A stretch of 64,000 nt of DNA, from the NCBI GenBank assembly GCA_965215565.1, contig CBDCDZ010000004.1, positions 672,001-736,000 of the forward strand, in the 5' to 3' direction. Shown here piece by piece: positions 38,827 through 49,145 of this stretch. Within the stretch, counting starts at the first letter, position 1; every line of letters starts with the position of its first letter. The notes beneath the pieces were generated by a model, which worked only from the letters and a program-made list of their open reading frames with translations, searched no databases and had not been told where the DNA came from. A program made the translations under genes and the position numbers. The stretch is from Trueperaceae bacterium (GTDB lineage: Bacteria > Deinococcota > Deinococci > Deinococcales > Trueperaceae).

Positions 38827-40098
38827 CTAAACCGAAACGGGTGTGGCTTTTTCCAACGCGCCCGCGAAAATCTCCAAAGCTGCGTCAATCTGCTCCGCGT
38901 TCACGACGAGCGGCGGAATCCAGCGGATGATGTTGCTGTAGGTGCCGCAGGTCAGCAGCAAGAGGTTTTGCTCTAAACAGGCTCCGTGGACGCGCTTACA
39001 CGTCTCCGCGTCAGGCTGACCATCCGAGGAGGTGAACTCTGTCCCGATCATGAGCCCGCGTCCGCGCACGTCGCCCAAAACGGGATAGTCGCGTTGAAGC
39101 TCCCGAAGTCCCGACATCAACCGCTCGCCCATCTTGGCGGCGTTCTCAGGTAACTTTTCCTCTACGAGAACTTGGGCGGTTGCTTTGGCTACTGCAAGAG
39201 GTATCGCGCTGCCGCCGCCGTAGGTTCCGCCGTGCGTGCCGGTTTGCCATTTCTCCATCAGAGCGCGGCTCGAGGCTATCCCTGAAATCGGCAAGCCACT
39301 TCCCAACCCCTTCGCCATCACGATGATGTCAGGTAAGAGGTCTGCGTGCTCGAAACAAAACATCTTCCCCGTCCGTCCGAAGCCAGTCTGCACCTCATCC
39401 ATCACCAACATGATGCCGTGCTCGTCGCAGATACGGCGGAGTTCGTGTAGAAAGGGGAGCGGCGCGGGGACGTAGCCCCCTTCGCCTAAGATGGGCTCGA
39501 TCATGATGGCAGCAGTTTCGTCGGGTGCGCTCTGCGATTTCAAGAGGTGTTCCAGTTGGCGCACGCAAAACTCCACTGTCATCTCATCGTCCCAGCCGTA
39601 GAAGTAGGCGTAAGGATACGGCGCAACGAAGACGCCGCCCGGCAGAGGTTGATACTGGTGGCGGTAGACCGTCTTCGATGTCGTCATCGCCATCGCCTGC
39701 GCGGTGCGCCCGTGAAAGCTGCCCTGAAAGACGATGACGTTAGTGCGCCCCGTCGCGTGCCGCGCCAGTTTGAGTGCGCCTTCGGTGGCTTCTGCGCCGC
39801 TGTTTGAGAAGAAAAAGGAGTCGATACCTTCTGGCATAAGAGGTAGGAGGGTGTCGGTCAGCTCGAGCGCAGCCGGTGACACGACGATGTTCATCTGTCC
39901 GAAGAGGAGCTTTTCCGCCTGGTCTTGAATTGCCTTGACGACTTTTGGATGACAGTGACCCGTGTTTGTCACGCCGATGCCGGAGGTGAAGTCGGTAAAG
40001 CGCGTGCCGTCCTGTTCGAAGAGGTAGATGCCTTCGGCTCGAGTGGGCTGAATATGCGTGAGGTGGGTCCAAACGGGTGAGAGGTGTTCTAAAGCCAT
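38827..40098 (-). CDS. Class III aminotransferase (GABA/diamine type), second paralogue
   Basis: DFTSGI, SGAEATE, FHGRT, DEVQTGFGR, AKGLG motifs. Confidence 0.9.
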   Translation of the reverse strand: MALEHLSPVWTHLTHIQPTRAEGIYLFEQDGTRFTDFTSGIGVTNTGHCHPKVVKAIQDQAEKLLFGQMNIVVSPAALELTDTLLPLMPEGIDSFFFSNSGAEATEGALKLARHATGRTNVIVFQGSFHGRTAQAMAMTTSKTVYRHQYQPLPGGVFVAPYPYAYFYGWDDEMTVEFCVRQLEHLLKSQSAPDETAAIMIEPILGEGGYVPAPLPFLHELRRICDEHGIMLVMDEVQTGFGRTGKMFCFEHADLLPDIIVMAKGLGSGLPISGIASSRALMEKWQTGTHGGTYGGGSAIPLAVAKATAQVLVEEKLPENAAKMGERLMSGLRELQRDYPVLGDVRGRGLMIGTEFTSSDGQPDAETCKRVHGACLEQNLLLLTCGTYSNIIRWIPPLVVNAEQIDAALEIFAGALEKATPVSV

Positions 40099-40156
40099 GC
40101 TAACCTTCTTTCGTAAAAGTTTGAAGCCATTCCAAGCCTGCGATTACTCGAGAATA

Positions 40157-41143
40157 TCAGCTCGAATGCCCTAAAACATCGAGAGGTACAGACAATCGTC
40201 CATGTACATCCAAATCTTCCAAAAACTCAGACCAACAACGCTTCTTTACTCGTAGTTCGCAGTAACATCCAGCTTGCAGCATGAAGGCGAAAAGCGTTTT
40301 GTACAAGTCCTCGAGAAACTGCTCTAAATCTTCTTCTTTGACATCTCCGTAAGACAAATAAAGCGCATCTCTGTAGTTGGCTTTTCCGCGGTACCTAAAA
40401 GCTTGATTCAAAAAGCAAATGGTCTTTCCTGAAAGTCTTTCGTCTCTAATTTCTTTCGCTACATTCTTACGGAAATTCTGGACACCTAACTTCTTGAACT
40501 CGCCACCTCTTCTTATATCCTCCTCTGCCTTCCCACGCTCATAGTCAGCCGTGCCCTTCAAATAGGCGAGACAAGCTCCAACTGCTTCTTCTCTATTTGA
40601 AGGAATTTCTTGTCCTATGTGAAAAGAGCTTCCCAAATTTCTGATTGCCTCTTCGTACTCACTCCTTACAAGTGTATCGAGTCTCCACGCGAAAGGGCTG
40701 CTAATGTAACGTTTCTTAGCAATGTGTGCATCCCAAGCTTTAGCCGTTTTTGCGTGCGTTTCCTGCGTTGAACCATCAGAAGCAGCGACCATAGCTTTAG
40801 CCGAAAAATAAATTCCGTAGTACCAAGAAACTATCGCTATCCGGGCAAGGTCGTACGAGCAGTTGACATCTTTCATCACGTAGAGTGAAGAGAGGTTTTG
40901 TAACGCCATGAATGTGTATTCACAAACAGTAGTATCTGCATTATCACTAGCTGGGTTGCGGAGATTGACTTTGCTACTGAGAGAAGAGAAGAGGAAATTT
41001 CTGTCAATATTCTCTTCATCACAAAGTATGGAAAGACCTCTCAGCCAACCCACCGTTCCTCGAAAGGCAAATCCAGGTGCAACTTTGGAGTCGGCACTTT
41101 TCAGGCGTCGAAAAAGCCACTGAGGTCGTAAAACAATCTTCAC
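40157..41143 (-). CDS. Low-GC hypothetical protein with HEPN-like motifs
   Basis: SWYYGIYFSAKA..TH and RYRGKANY resemble HEPN helices. Confidence 0.55.
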   Translation of the reverse strand: MKIVLRPQWLFRRLKSADSKVAPGFAFRGTVGWLRGLSILCDEENIDRNFLFSSLSSKVNLRNPASDNADTTVCEYTFMALQNLSSLYVMKDVNCSYDLARIAIVSWYYGIYFSAKAMVAASDGSTQETHAKTAKAWDAHIAKKRYISSPFAWRLDTLVRSEYEEAIRNLGSSFHIGQEIPSNREEAVGACLAYLKGTADYERGKAEEDIRRGGEFKKLGVQNFRKNVAKEIRDERLSGKTICFLNQAFRYRGKANYRDALYLSYGDVKEEDLEQFLEDLYKTLFAFMLQAGCYCELRVKKRCWSEFLEDLDVHGRLSVPLDVLGHSS

Positions 41144-41151
41144 GCTTTATT

Positions 41152-42510
41152 CTACGCCTCTAAGTCCCGCTTTTCCTCCAAGACCTCTTCTGCACGCTTC
41201 TCCACCTTCCGCTCCTGCGGCGCGTCCACCTCCGCTGCAATCGGCGCAACCACATCCCCCTCATAACTCAGCAACTCGGCGGCGGCGCGTCTGCCGCTCA
41301 GCAGAGCGCCGTGAACGGTGATGGCGCGGTGTTCGCTTTCAGTAGCTTCACCCGCCCAGTAGAGCGGCGGGGTGGGTGTGGCGAGGCGGGCTCTCGAGCC
41401 CTCATGCCCCGGCAACACGTGGCTGTAGCCGCCCCTGGCAAAGGGGTCAGCGGTCCAGTTGACGAGCCTTGCGGCTTCAGCCTTGAGGTCAGGGCGCTCT
41501 AACTCTTCGCGCAACGAGGTCAGCGCGGCACCCAGCGCCCCCTCTTCCCCTAGCGCGAGTAGCTGCGCCGCTCTGTCGCCAGAGACAAACGCGGTCCAAA
41601 CGTGATCGTCCGTCCCATGACCGAACGAAGGCGACCACCACATCGGCGGGTTAAGGCGGCTGTAGAGCGCCATGACCTCTTTCGGGACGATGGGCTCGCT
41701 GAATTTATAGATGAGCTTGATGACTGGACCCATGCGCAGCCCCGCTAGCGCCGTACGCTTGAAGTCAGGTAGCGCGGGCGTAAAGGTGAGGTGTCCTTGC
41801 AAAACGCCTAGAGGTACAGCGATGATGGCGTTGTCTGCGCTGTAATTTCCCTGTGTCGTTCGCACCTCAACCTCTCCGCTCGCTGACCAGATGACCTCTT
41901 CTACAGGCGTATTGAGGTGAACCTCGGTTCCCGCCGCCAAACCCTCGACCAACTGGCTATAGCCCCCCAAGAGCCGATAGTCGCCCAAACCGCTCTCTTT
42001 GCCTTTGTCGCGGAGAAGCTCGAGCATCGCTCCCGCACTTAGTAAACGCGCAGACTCACCTACGGCGTTAGCAAACGAACGCGCCACGTAGCGCAGTTGC
42101 GCGTGGGAGAAGCCAATGCGTTTCAAGTAGTCGTGCCAACATTCGAAGGGTAAAGGGGTTACCTCGGGCAGATTCCAGGTGCGGGTTTGGTCAAAGTCAG
42201 GGTGAGTAGCTCGCGCCGCCTTCATCGTCAGCCACGCGCCGTTTTCCAAGCGAACCAAGGAGTCGTCCGTTTTGCGCCAGTGGAGCGTCTCTAAGTTCAG
42301 CTCGCGAATCAGCTCCCACGTCGCGGCGCGGTCGCCGTGGATGAACTCCGCGCCCAACTCGACGGGTACGTCCGCAAAGTCGTAAGCGGTGTGAGTACGT
42401 CCGCCGATGTGGTCTTTCGCCTCTAAGACCACCACCTCTTCTCCGGCTTGCGTAAGAGACCGCGCCGCCGCCAAGCCCGCCACCCCCGCACCGATGACGA
42501 GCGTGCTCAT
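41152..42510 (-). CDS. Flavin amine oxidase (polyamine oxidase-like)
   Basis: GAGVAG, GGRT, ELGAEFIHG, WAGEAT, TVHGALLSG motifs. Confidence 0.9.
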   Translation of the reverse strand: MSTLVIGAGVAGLAAARSLTQAGEEVVVLEAKDHIGGRTHTAYDFADVPVELGAEFIHGDRAATWELIRELNLETLHWRKTDDSLVRLENGAWLTMKAARATHPDFDQTRTWNLPEVTPLPFECWHDYLKRIGFSHAQLRYVARSFANAVGESARLLSAGAMLELLRDKGKESGLGDYRLLGGYSQLVEGLAAGTEVHLNTPVEEVIWSASGEVEVRTTQGNYSADNAIIAVPLGVLQGHLTFTPALPDFKRTALAGLRMGPVIKLIYKFSEPIVPKEVMALYSRLNPPMWWSPSFGHGTDDHVWTAFVSGDRAAQLLALGEEGALGAALTSLREELERPDLKAEAARLVNWTADPFARGGYSHVLPGHEGSRARLATPTPPLYWAGEATESEHRAITVHGALLSGRRAAAELLSYEGDVVAPIAAEVDAPQERKVEKRAEEVLEEKRDLEA

Positions 42511-43295
42511 ACGTGAGCGCGTCGGATACTAGACTGGGGCGCGGGTTGGCTCGCTTTTTTACGCTTAGGTGCTTCCCAGACGATCAGCATCCCGGTGTGC
42601 GACGCTTGCGCGTCCCAGGCGTAGTTTTCAATCATTCCCACAGGCTTGAAACCTCTGCGCATCTGCACGCTCACGGTGGGGTCGAAGAGGTCGCCGCGCA
42701 TGACCTTAGTGGCGTATTCGCGCACCGACATCTCGCGCTTGTGACGCTGATACCCCTTGAGCATCCCGCCTGCGTAGATGCCGCACAGCCCCAAACGCTT
42801 GACTAAGTCGAACTGCGCCTTATAAAGCGCTGAGCCGATGCCTGTTCCTTGAAAGTCGGGGTGGACCGCCTTTTCAACGCCGTAAAGCCAACATCCTTCC
42901 GGGTCGTGGTTAGCAAGGGTGAGGTCGCCAATGACCTTCTCCCAGGGAAGCGGCTTCTCTGTCGGGTCGTAGCTCGTGCGCAGCGACAGCGCTACGCCGA
43001 CGACTTTTTCTTGTCCGTCTATATCAGCTACGGCGATGAGCTGACCCTTGGAAAAACGCTCCAGCAAGAGTCGCCACTCCGCCAAGCCGAACACCCCTGA
43101 GATGAAGTTGTCCGGGTTGTAAAGGTTGGCGAGGCAGATGACTTCGTAGACGCCGCGCCCGTGCTCAGGTTTTGCTTCTATGATGCGATAATTGAGCTTA
43201 CGACTGCTGGTTTCCTCGCTAGATTTAACTTCTTTACTGTATTTAATAGGTGTAATCGAGATTTGTCTCATAACGGTTATGTCCGAGACAACCAC
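42507..43295 (-). CDS. GNAT acetyltransferase
   Basis: VHPDFQGTGIG motif; start uncertain. Confidence 0.85.
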   Translation of the reverse strand: MVVSDITVMRQISITPIKYSKEVKSSEETSSRKLNYRIIEAKPEHGRGVYEVICLANLYNPDNFISGVFGLAEWRLLLERFSKGQLIAVADIDGQEKVVGVALSLRTSYDPTEKPLPWEKVIGDLTLANHDPEGCWLYGVEKAVHPDFQGTGIGSALYKAQFDLVKRLGLCGIYAGGMLKGYQRHKREMSVREYATKVMRGDLFDPTVSVQMRRGFKPVGMIENYAWDAQASHTGMLIVWEAPKRKKASQPAPQSSIRRAHV

Positions 43296-43830
43296 ACGTT
43301 TGTTAGAGTACTATTCTCTAGCACCTAACCTATTGGTGCGGCGTACGCCACACCAAAACGCTCATATAGAATGAGTTCGTTACAAATTGGGAAAAACTAA
43401 GAAGACGATAGGGTGAGTTTGTTGCCCTCAGCTAACACGCCAAGCCTGCATAAACACAGGGTTAAGTACCGAGCTAAATCAAACTAGGATAATGCGAAAC
43501 GATACTCAAAATCAACTTTAGCGTATCTTTTCCCTGATCGGTTTCTGCTTCTCCACAACCTTCACGCGAGAGGTTTCCTCCCGAAACACAAACGGTTTCA
43601 TTTGGCTAACTCACACTGCAGGGTTGTCTTGAAACTTTCACGCTCCCTTTAACTCGTCTTAGAAGAGTATAGCACGGGGCTCACAGTTCTGTGAAGGGGG
43701 AGAACACAGCGGAGTTTCAAAGTGAAGAAGTAGTCAAAATTCGGTAGTTTTCCTTATGCTGACTACCTTTAAGAAAGCAACTCTAGCGAATGCGCCACGC
43801 TTACCGCTTGCACGTAATAAGATATTCCCT

Positions 43831-44676
43831 ATGAACGAGCGCAAGGGGTTCCGACTCGCCTTTCCGGGTATCTTCTGGTTGACAGTCTTTTTCATGTTGC
43901 CACTGCTCTTCGTCTTAGCGGCGAGCTTTATGTCGAGCGGCTTGAGCGGCGCGCCGATGTTGCCCCTGACTCTGGAACATTACGTGCGCACCTTTGATAC
44001 CTTTGGTGTTATCGTGTGGCGCTCTTTACGCATCGCCCTCTACACGACAGTGTGGTGCTTGGTGCTCGGCTATCCGTTGGCGTTTTTTATCGCGACGCGC
44101 AAAAACTCGGCGGTGCGCCTCGTCCTTCTCTTTCTCATCCTCTTACCCTTCTGGACGAACTTTTTAGTGCGGACCTACGCGCTCAAGTCCATTCTCGGAC
44201 CCGACGGCATTATCAATGCGCTTTTAGCGAACCTCTCGCTCATCACGCAACCGCTGGAACTGCTCTTCACGCCCTTTGCTGTTATTTTAGGGCTCGTTTA
44301 CGGCTATCTTCCTTTTATGGTGCTGCCCGTCTACGCGGCGGTGGAGCGCCTGGACTTTCGCTTCGTCGAAGCCGCGTATGACCTGGGCGCGAACGACTGG
44401 CACACCTTCTGGCGCGTCGTGTTTCCGCTCACGTTGCCCGGTGTGGTGGCTGGCTCCATGCTCGTCTTTATCCCTTCGATCGGCTCGTTCATCACACCTG
44501 ACCTCTTGGGCGGCACGCGCGGGCTGATGATCGGCAACCTCATCGCGCGGCAGTTCGGCGGGCGCAACAATATCACGCTCGGCTCGGCAATTTCGATTGT
44601 ACTCATCGTGCTGGTGCTCATCGGCGTCGTGATCTACATCCGCTACGGACAAGAGAGGCAGGGGGAAGGTGGCTGA
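43831..44676 (+). CDS. potB: Polyamine ABC permease
   Basis: LPFWTNFLVR, YLPFMVLP, EAAYDLGA motifs. Confidence 0.88.
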   Translation: MNERKGFRLAFPGIFWLTVFFMLPLLFVLAASFMSSGLSGAPMLPLTLEHYVRTFDTFGVIVWRSLRIALYTTVWCLVLGYPLAFFIATRKNSAVRLVLLFLILLPFWTNFLVRTYALKSILGPDGIINALLANLSLITQPLELLFTPFAVILGLVYGYLPFMVLPVYAAVERLDFRFVEAAYDLGANDWHTFWRVVFPLTLPGVVAGSMLVFIPSIGSFITPDLLGGTRGLMIGNLIARQFGGRNNITLGSAISIVLIVLVLIGVVIYIRYGQERQGEGG

Positions 44677-45595
44677 TACCTCACGCGACACCTCTTTAAG
44701 CGCGCAGCAACCCGCCGATATGCAAATCAACGAGGGTAAGCTGCGCCGTGACCTCTTCGTTCGCAAAGTCGGCAAAATAGGGCTCTTCGTCACGCCCTTC
44801 GCCTCGTACTTCTTTCTATGGGCTCCTATCGTCGTCTTAATCGTCTTCTCGTTCAACGACGCGCCCTCGGTCTCGGTCTGGCGTGGGTTTACCTGGCGGT
44901 GGTATGAGAACATCTTCGCGGCGGGCTCAGGCGACGCGAGTTTTACAACGACGAAGCTTTTGGAGTCGCTCGGCAACTCGCTCATCGTGGCGTTTAGTGC
45001 GTCGTTTATCGCCACCGTTATCGGAACGATGTTGGCGCTCGCAATTCACAGGGGCAACTTTCCAGGTAAAAAGGTCATCGACGCGCTGCTCTATGTTCCC
45101 GTCGTCATTCCTGAAATTACGCAGGGCGTGTCGCTCGCTATCTTTTTTAGCATTCTTTTCGACTACCTGCAAAACATCACGGGTGGAGAACGCTTGTCGC
45201 TCGGCTTCGGCACGATCATCATCGCGCACGTGGCGTTCAACATCTCATACGTGGTCATCGTGGTGCGGGCGCGGCTCGCGACGATGAGCAGCAACTTTGA
45301 AGAGGCGGCGAATGACCTCGGCGCGAACCACTTTCAAACATTCTGGCGCGTCACCTTTCCGCTGCTCTTGCCCGGTATCATGGCGGGTGCACTCCTCGCG
45401 CTGACGCTCTCGCTGGACGACTACGTGGTGACGTTTTTTACCAAAGGCATCGGCGACGATACGCTACCGATTTTTGTTTATGGACTCCTTAAACAGCGCG
45501 TGTCGCCGGAGATCAACGCGATTTCGACGCTGATGATTCTCGCTTCGACGGTGCTGATTGGGATTTCGTTAGTGTTGCAGCGAAGAGGTTCGTAG
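44669..45595 (+). CDS. potC: Polyamine ABC permease
   Basis: FSFN..WY, EEAANDLGA, SLDDY, SPEINA motifs. Confidence 0.88.
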   Translation: MADTSRDTSLSAQQPADMQINEGKLRRDLFVRKVGKIGLFVTPFASYFFLWAPIVVLIVFSFNDAPSVSVWRGFTWRWYENIFAAGSGDASFTTTKLLESLGNSLIVAFSASFIATVIGTMLALAIHRGNFPGKKVIDALLYVPVVIPEITQGVSLAIFFSILFDYLQNITGGERLSLGFGTIIIAHVAFNISYVVIVVRARLATMSSNFEEAANDLGANHFQTFWRVTFPLLLPGIMAGALLALTLSLDDYVVTFFTKGIGDDTLPIFVYGLLKQRVSPEINAISTLMILASTVLIGISLVLQRRGS

Positions 45596-45602
45596 GGACA
45601 AC

Positions 45603-45896
45603 TCATAAATTGCCCCTCGATGTTGAGTCGTAGTCGAGAATACCCTTGTCTTCTGAGTGTTTCCAAAAGCCTACTGAACCCGTTAAATTTTCATAACTCT
45701 GCCACCGCGTAAACGTTACGCCGAATATCTGTTCTTGCTTGAGAAGATTCTCGAGCGTGAACCATAGAGAGTCCTCTTCCGGACACCAGTAAGCATCTTC
45801 AGCTAAAGCGGGATGTGAAACGACGTGAACCCAATCCTGCTGGCAATTTGGGCAAATCAGCTTCAAGGTACTCTCTTTTTCAACGGATTCTCCCAT
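45603..45896 (-). CDS. Small hypothetical protein with CxxC
   Basis: CPNC..CPEE..LW; lower GC; start uncertain. Confidence 0.5.
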   Translation of the reverse strand: MGESVEKESTLKLICPNCQQDWVHVVSHPALAEDAYWCPEEDSLWFTLENLLKQEQIFGVTFTRWQSYENLTGSVGFWKHSEDKGILDYDSTSRGNL

Positions 45897-46489
45897 ACGA
45901 TCAGTGTCGCCCAGTTATCCGAGGCTTCATCCTCGAGATATCCCTCTAGGAGCCCACGCACCTCGAAGCCGTTCTTGAGTTGAAAGCTGAGCGTGGGGTC
46001 CGTAAGCTCACCTGAAACGACTTTCTGGACGTATTCAGGCACACTGTATTGACCTTTATACGTCGCGTAGCCAGGTAAGACGCCGCCCGCCACAATGCCC
46101 TTGAGCCCTCTTTCTCTGACCAAATCTTTTCGCGCGTTATACAGCAGCTTGCCGATACCGCGCCCTCTGTAGTCGGGGTGGACGCTGATGTCGCCGCCGT
46201 AATACCAGTCGCCGTTCGGATTGTGATTCGTGTAATGGCCGCCCGCGATGACCTCTTGAAAGGTGTGGTTCGGGTTGCCAAAGTCGAAGTCGGTGAGAAA
46301 GCCCGAGCCGAGACCGACCACCTGCTCATGATCTAAAGCGACGAAATCGCCTTCAGGAAAGACGCGGCAGTGACTTAAAAAGTGTTCTTCGCGCATCAGT
46401 TCGTGAGGCGCTAGGGTGGGAAAGCACTCGAGCTGCAACCGCTCCAGCGCTTTGGCGTACTTGGGCTCTATCGTCGTGAGGCGAATCAC
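45863..46489 (-). CDS. GNAT acetyltransferase, paralogue of 42507-43295
   Basis: VHPDYRGRGIG and DPTLSFQL motifs. Confidence 0.88.
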   Translation of the reverse strand: MIRLTTIEPKYAKALERLQLECFPTLAPHELMREEHFLSHCRVFPEGDFVALDHEQVVGLGSGFLTDFDFGNPNHTFQEVIAGGHYTNHNPNGDWYYGGDISVHPDYRGRGIGKLLYNARKDLVRERGLKGIVAGGVLPGYATYKGQYSVPEYVQKVVSGELTDPTLSFQLKNGFEVRGLLEGYLEDEASDNWATLIVWENPLKKRVP

Positions 46490-46493
46490 GTCG

Positions 46494-47633
46494 CTAACTC
46501 AGTAGCGTCGCGTTGTCGTTCTGCCAGGAGACCCGCACCTTGTCGCCCTCTTTGAGCATCGAGCCGAAACCGTGATGCAAGTTTTGTACGCGCACCGCCA
46601 AATCCACATCGCTGCCAGAAACCACGCGGTAGCGCGTGTCGGTGCCGATGTAGAGAGCTTCGGAAATTTCCGCCTCGAGCACCGTGACGTTGTCCGTAGG
46701 TTTATCTGAAGAGGTGGGTTCCGCCGAACCGTTCAGGGACTGTAACGCAATCTTCTCAGGGCGCACCGCCAGAGTCACGCGCTCGCCCACCTCCGCGTCT
46801 AAAGCGTGACCCTTGAAGCGTCCCTCTAAACGTCGCCCGTCGGATAACTCCACAACGCCCGAGTCGCCGTTCTTACGTTGCAGTTTGCCCTCGACGAAGT
46901 TTGTCTCGCCGATGAAGTCCGCGACGAAGCGGTCCGCGGGCGCTTCGTAAATCTCGTCGGCGCGTCCGACTTGCAGCACGCGCCCTTCGCTCATCACGGC
47001 GATTCGGTCCGCCATCGTCATCGCCTCCTCTTGGTCGTGTGTGACGAACACAAAGGTGACGCCCACCTCGCGCTGCATGGTTTTAAGCTCCAACTGCATC
47101 TGCTTGCGGAGCTTGAGGTCGAGTGCGCCCAGTGGTTCGTCTAGGAGGAGTACGGCGGGCTTGTTGACCAGAGCCCGCGCCAACGCGACGCGCTGGCGCT
47201 GCCCGCCGGAGAGTTGCGCGGGTTTGCGGTTGGCGGTGTGGGGAAGTTGGACTAGCTCGAGCAGGTCTAGCGCCCGCTCCTTGGCCTCTTTTTTAGCAAC
47301 TTTCGCCATGCGCAGCCCGAACATCACGTTGTCCAGCACGCTCATGTGTGGGAAGAGCGCGTAGTCCTGAAACACTGTATTCACAGGGCGGTGAAAGGGC
47401 GGAATCCCCTGCACCGCCTCGCCGCGAATCAGCACCTTGCCCGAAGTCGGCTGCTCGAAGCCCGCGATAGTTCGCAGCGTCGTCGTCTTACCGCAGCCCG
47501 ACGGACCTAAGAGGGCGAAGAACTCACCGTCTGCGATTTGCAGCGAGACGTCGTCAACGGCGGTGACGGTGTTCCCCTGCGGGTCGGGGAAGGTTTTAGT
47601 GACCTCTAAGAGTTCGACGGAGGGTGTCGGCAT
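46494..47633 (-). CDS. potA: Polyamine ABC ATPase
   Basis: GPSGCGKT, LSGGQ, VNTVFQ.YALFPH motifs; TOBE-like tail. Confidence 0.92.
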   Translation of the reverse strand: MPTPSVELLEVTKTFPDPQGNTVTAVDDVSLQIADGEFFALLGPSGCGKTTTLRTIAGFEQPTSGKVLIRGEAVQGIPPFHRPVNTVFQDYALFPHMSVLDNVMFGLRMAKVAKKEAKERALDLLELVQLPHTANRKPAQLSGGQRQRVALARALVNKPAVLLLDEPLGALDLKLRKQMQLELKTMQREVGVTFVFVTHDQEEAMTMADRIAVMSEGRVLQVGRADEIYEAPADRFVADFIGETNFVEGKLQRKNGDSGVVELSDGRRLEGRFKGHALDAEVGERVTLAVRPEKIALQSLNGSAEPTSSDKPTDNVTVLEAEISEALYIGTDTRYRVVSGSDVDLAVRVQNLHHGFGSMLKEGDKVRVSWQNDNATLLS

Positions 47634-47680
47634 AGTTAAGCATACAGTAGTCAGTAGTTAGGTGTCAGAATTCAGCATTA

Positions 47681-47852
47681 TAGCAAGTATCATTTGGTTT
47701 GAGACGCTCTCACGATGTAGAACACCGTTGCCTAACGGCAAACTACGTAATTCGCTTTGCGAAAACTTCGTCCCTACGGGCTTTCAGAAAGCAGCACGCA
47801 CATTTGAGAATGATACTTGCGCTACTCCAATCAGCACTTATGTTAACTGCTA
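47681..47852 (-). mobile_element. MITE A copy inside a heptamer hairpin
   Basis: TAGCAAGTATCATTTGG...AACTGCTA on the plus strand. Confidence 0.8.
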
Positions 47853-47893
47853 TATTGTCCCGTCTACTGAATTCTGACTGCTGATTTCTGTTC

Positions 47894-49033
47894 TTACTGC
47901 CCCACAAAGATGCGCACTTCGTCCCACGCGCTGTAGTTGAGCTGTGCCCGTTCGGGGTTCTGTTCGACGAAGAAGAGGTTGTTCCTCGTCTCCTCGCTCG
48001 GGTAGATGCCGGGGTCGTTGGCGAGTTCGGGATCGATGAGCCCCTGCTCCAGCGCCACTGCGTTCGGCGTGCCGTACGCGGTGTAGTTCGCGATATCAGC
48101 GGACACTTGTGGGTCCAAGAGGTAGTCGATAAAAACCTTGGCGAGTTCGACGTTGGGCGCGTCTACAGGGATGGCGAGCGTGTCGATCCAGAAGAGCGTG
48201 CCCTCCTCGGGAATGACGTAGTCATACGTATCGCAGTCGCACTCGTCCATCACCTGGAAGATGTCACCGGAATACTCGACTACCATATCCGCTTCGCCGC
48301 GCACCAAGACCTCTTGTCCGTCGTCCTGGTTGATATACACGACGTTATCGCCGTTTTCGATAAGGTAGTCCTTCGCCCGCTGAATCTCGTCAGGATCGCT
48401 CGTGTTGGGGTCCAAACCGAGTTTGAGGAGCGCCACGCCCATCATGCCGCGAATATCCTCCAACCAACTCACCGAGCCGCTGTAGCTGAACATATCGTCC
48501 CAAGAGGTGACCTCGCCCTCGACGGCTTCGGTGTTGTAGCCGATGCCCATCGTGCCCCACTGGTACGGCACGCTGTAGGTGTTGTCGGGGTCAAAAGGTA
48601 AACCAATAAAGGTCTCACCCAAGTTGTTGAAGTTGGGAATCGTCGTCATATCGACGGGCTGCGCGAGGTCTTCGGCGATCATTAGCGAGAGCACGGTGCT
48701 GCTCGGCACGACGATGTCGTAACCGGGGTTGCCCTGGCGGATTTTAGCGAGCATGTCGTCGTCCGTCGGAAAGGTATCGTACGTAACCGTCACGCCGCAG
48801 CGTTCTTCAAAGTTGGGAACCGTGTCCTCGGCGATGTAGGTTGACCAGTTGTACACGCTGAGCTGTTGCCCCTCAAACCCTTCGGGGCAGGTCCACGCCG
48901 AAGTCTGACCTCCGGTTTCTTGTCCACCTGTTGCTTGCCCACCGGTTTCTTGCCCACCTGTCTGGGCGGCGGCGTAGCCTAACAGCAATATCCCTAGCAG
49001 TAACATCATTGTTAAAAAAAGCGTCAAACGCAT
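47894..49033 (-). CDS. potD: Spermidine/putrescine-binding protein
   Basis: YNWSTYI, GYDIVVPS, PYQWGT, PEEG..W.D motifs; xTGG-repeat linker. Confidence 0.9.
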   Translation of the reverse strand: MRLTLFLTMMLLLGILLLGYAAAQTGGQETGGQATGGQETGGQTSAWTCPEGFEGQQLSVYNWSTYIAEDTVPNFEERCGVTVTYDTFPTDDDMLAKIRQGNPGYDIVVPSSTVLSLMIAEDLAQPVDMTTIPNFNNLGETFIGLPFDPDNTYSVPYQWGTMGIGYNTEAVEGEVTSWDDMFSYSGSVSWLEDIRGMMGVALLKLGLDPNTSDPDEIQRAKDYLIENGDNVVYINQDDGQEVLVRGEADMVVEYSGDIFQVMDECDCDTYDYVIPEEGTLFWIDTLAIPVDAPNVELAKVFIDYLLDPQVSADIANYTAYGTPNAVALEQGLIDPELANDPGIYPSEETRNNLFFVEQNPERAQLNYSAWDEVRIFVGQ

Positions 49034-49145
49034 CTATGCCTCCTTCAGGGTGATCGTCACCTTGAATTAGTTTTACCCTAAATGGAGCGTCGGCGTGAAG
49101 GATTTCGCCTACGGTGCTGCGTTTAATGAAGCCCGTCACGCCACC

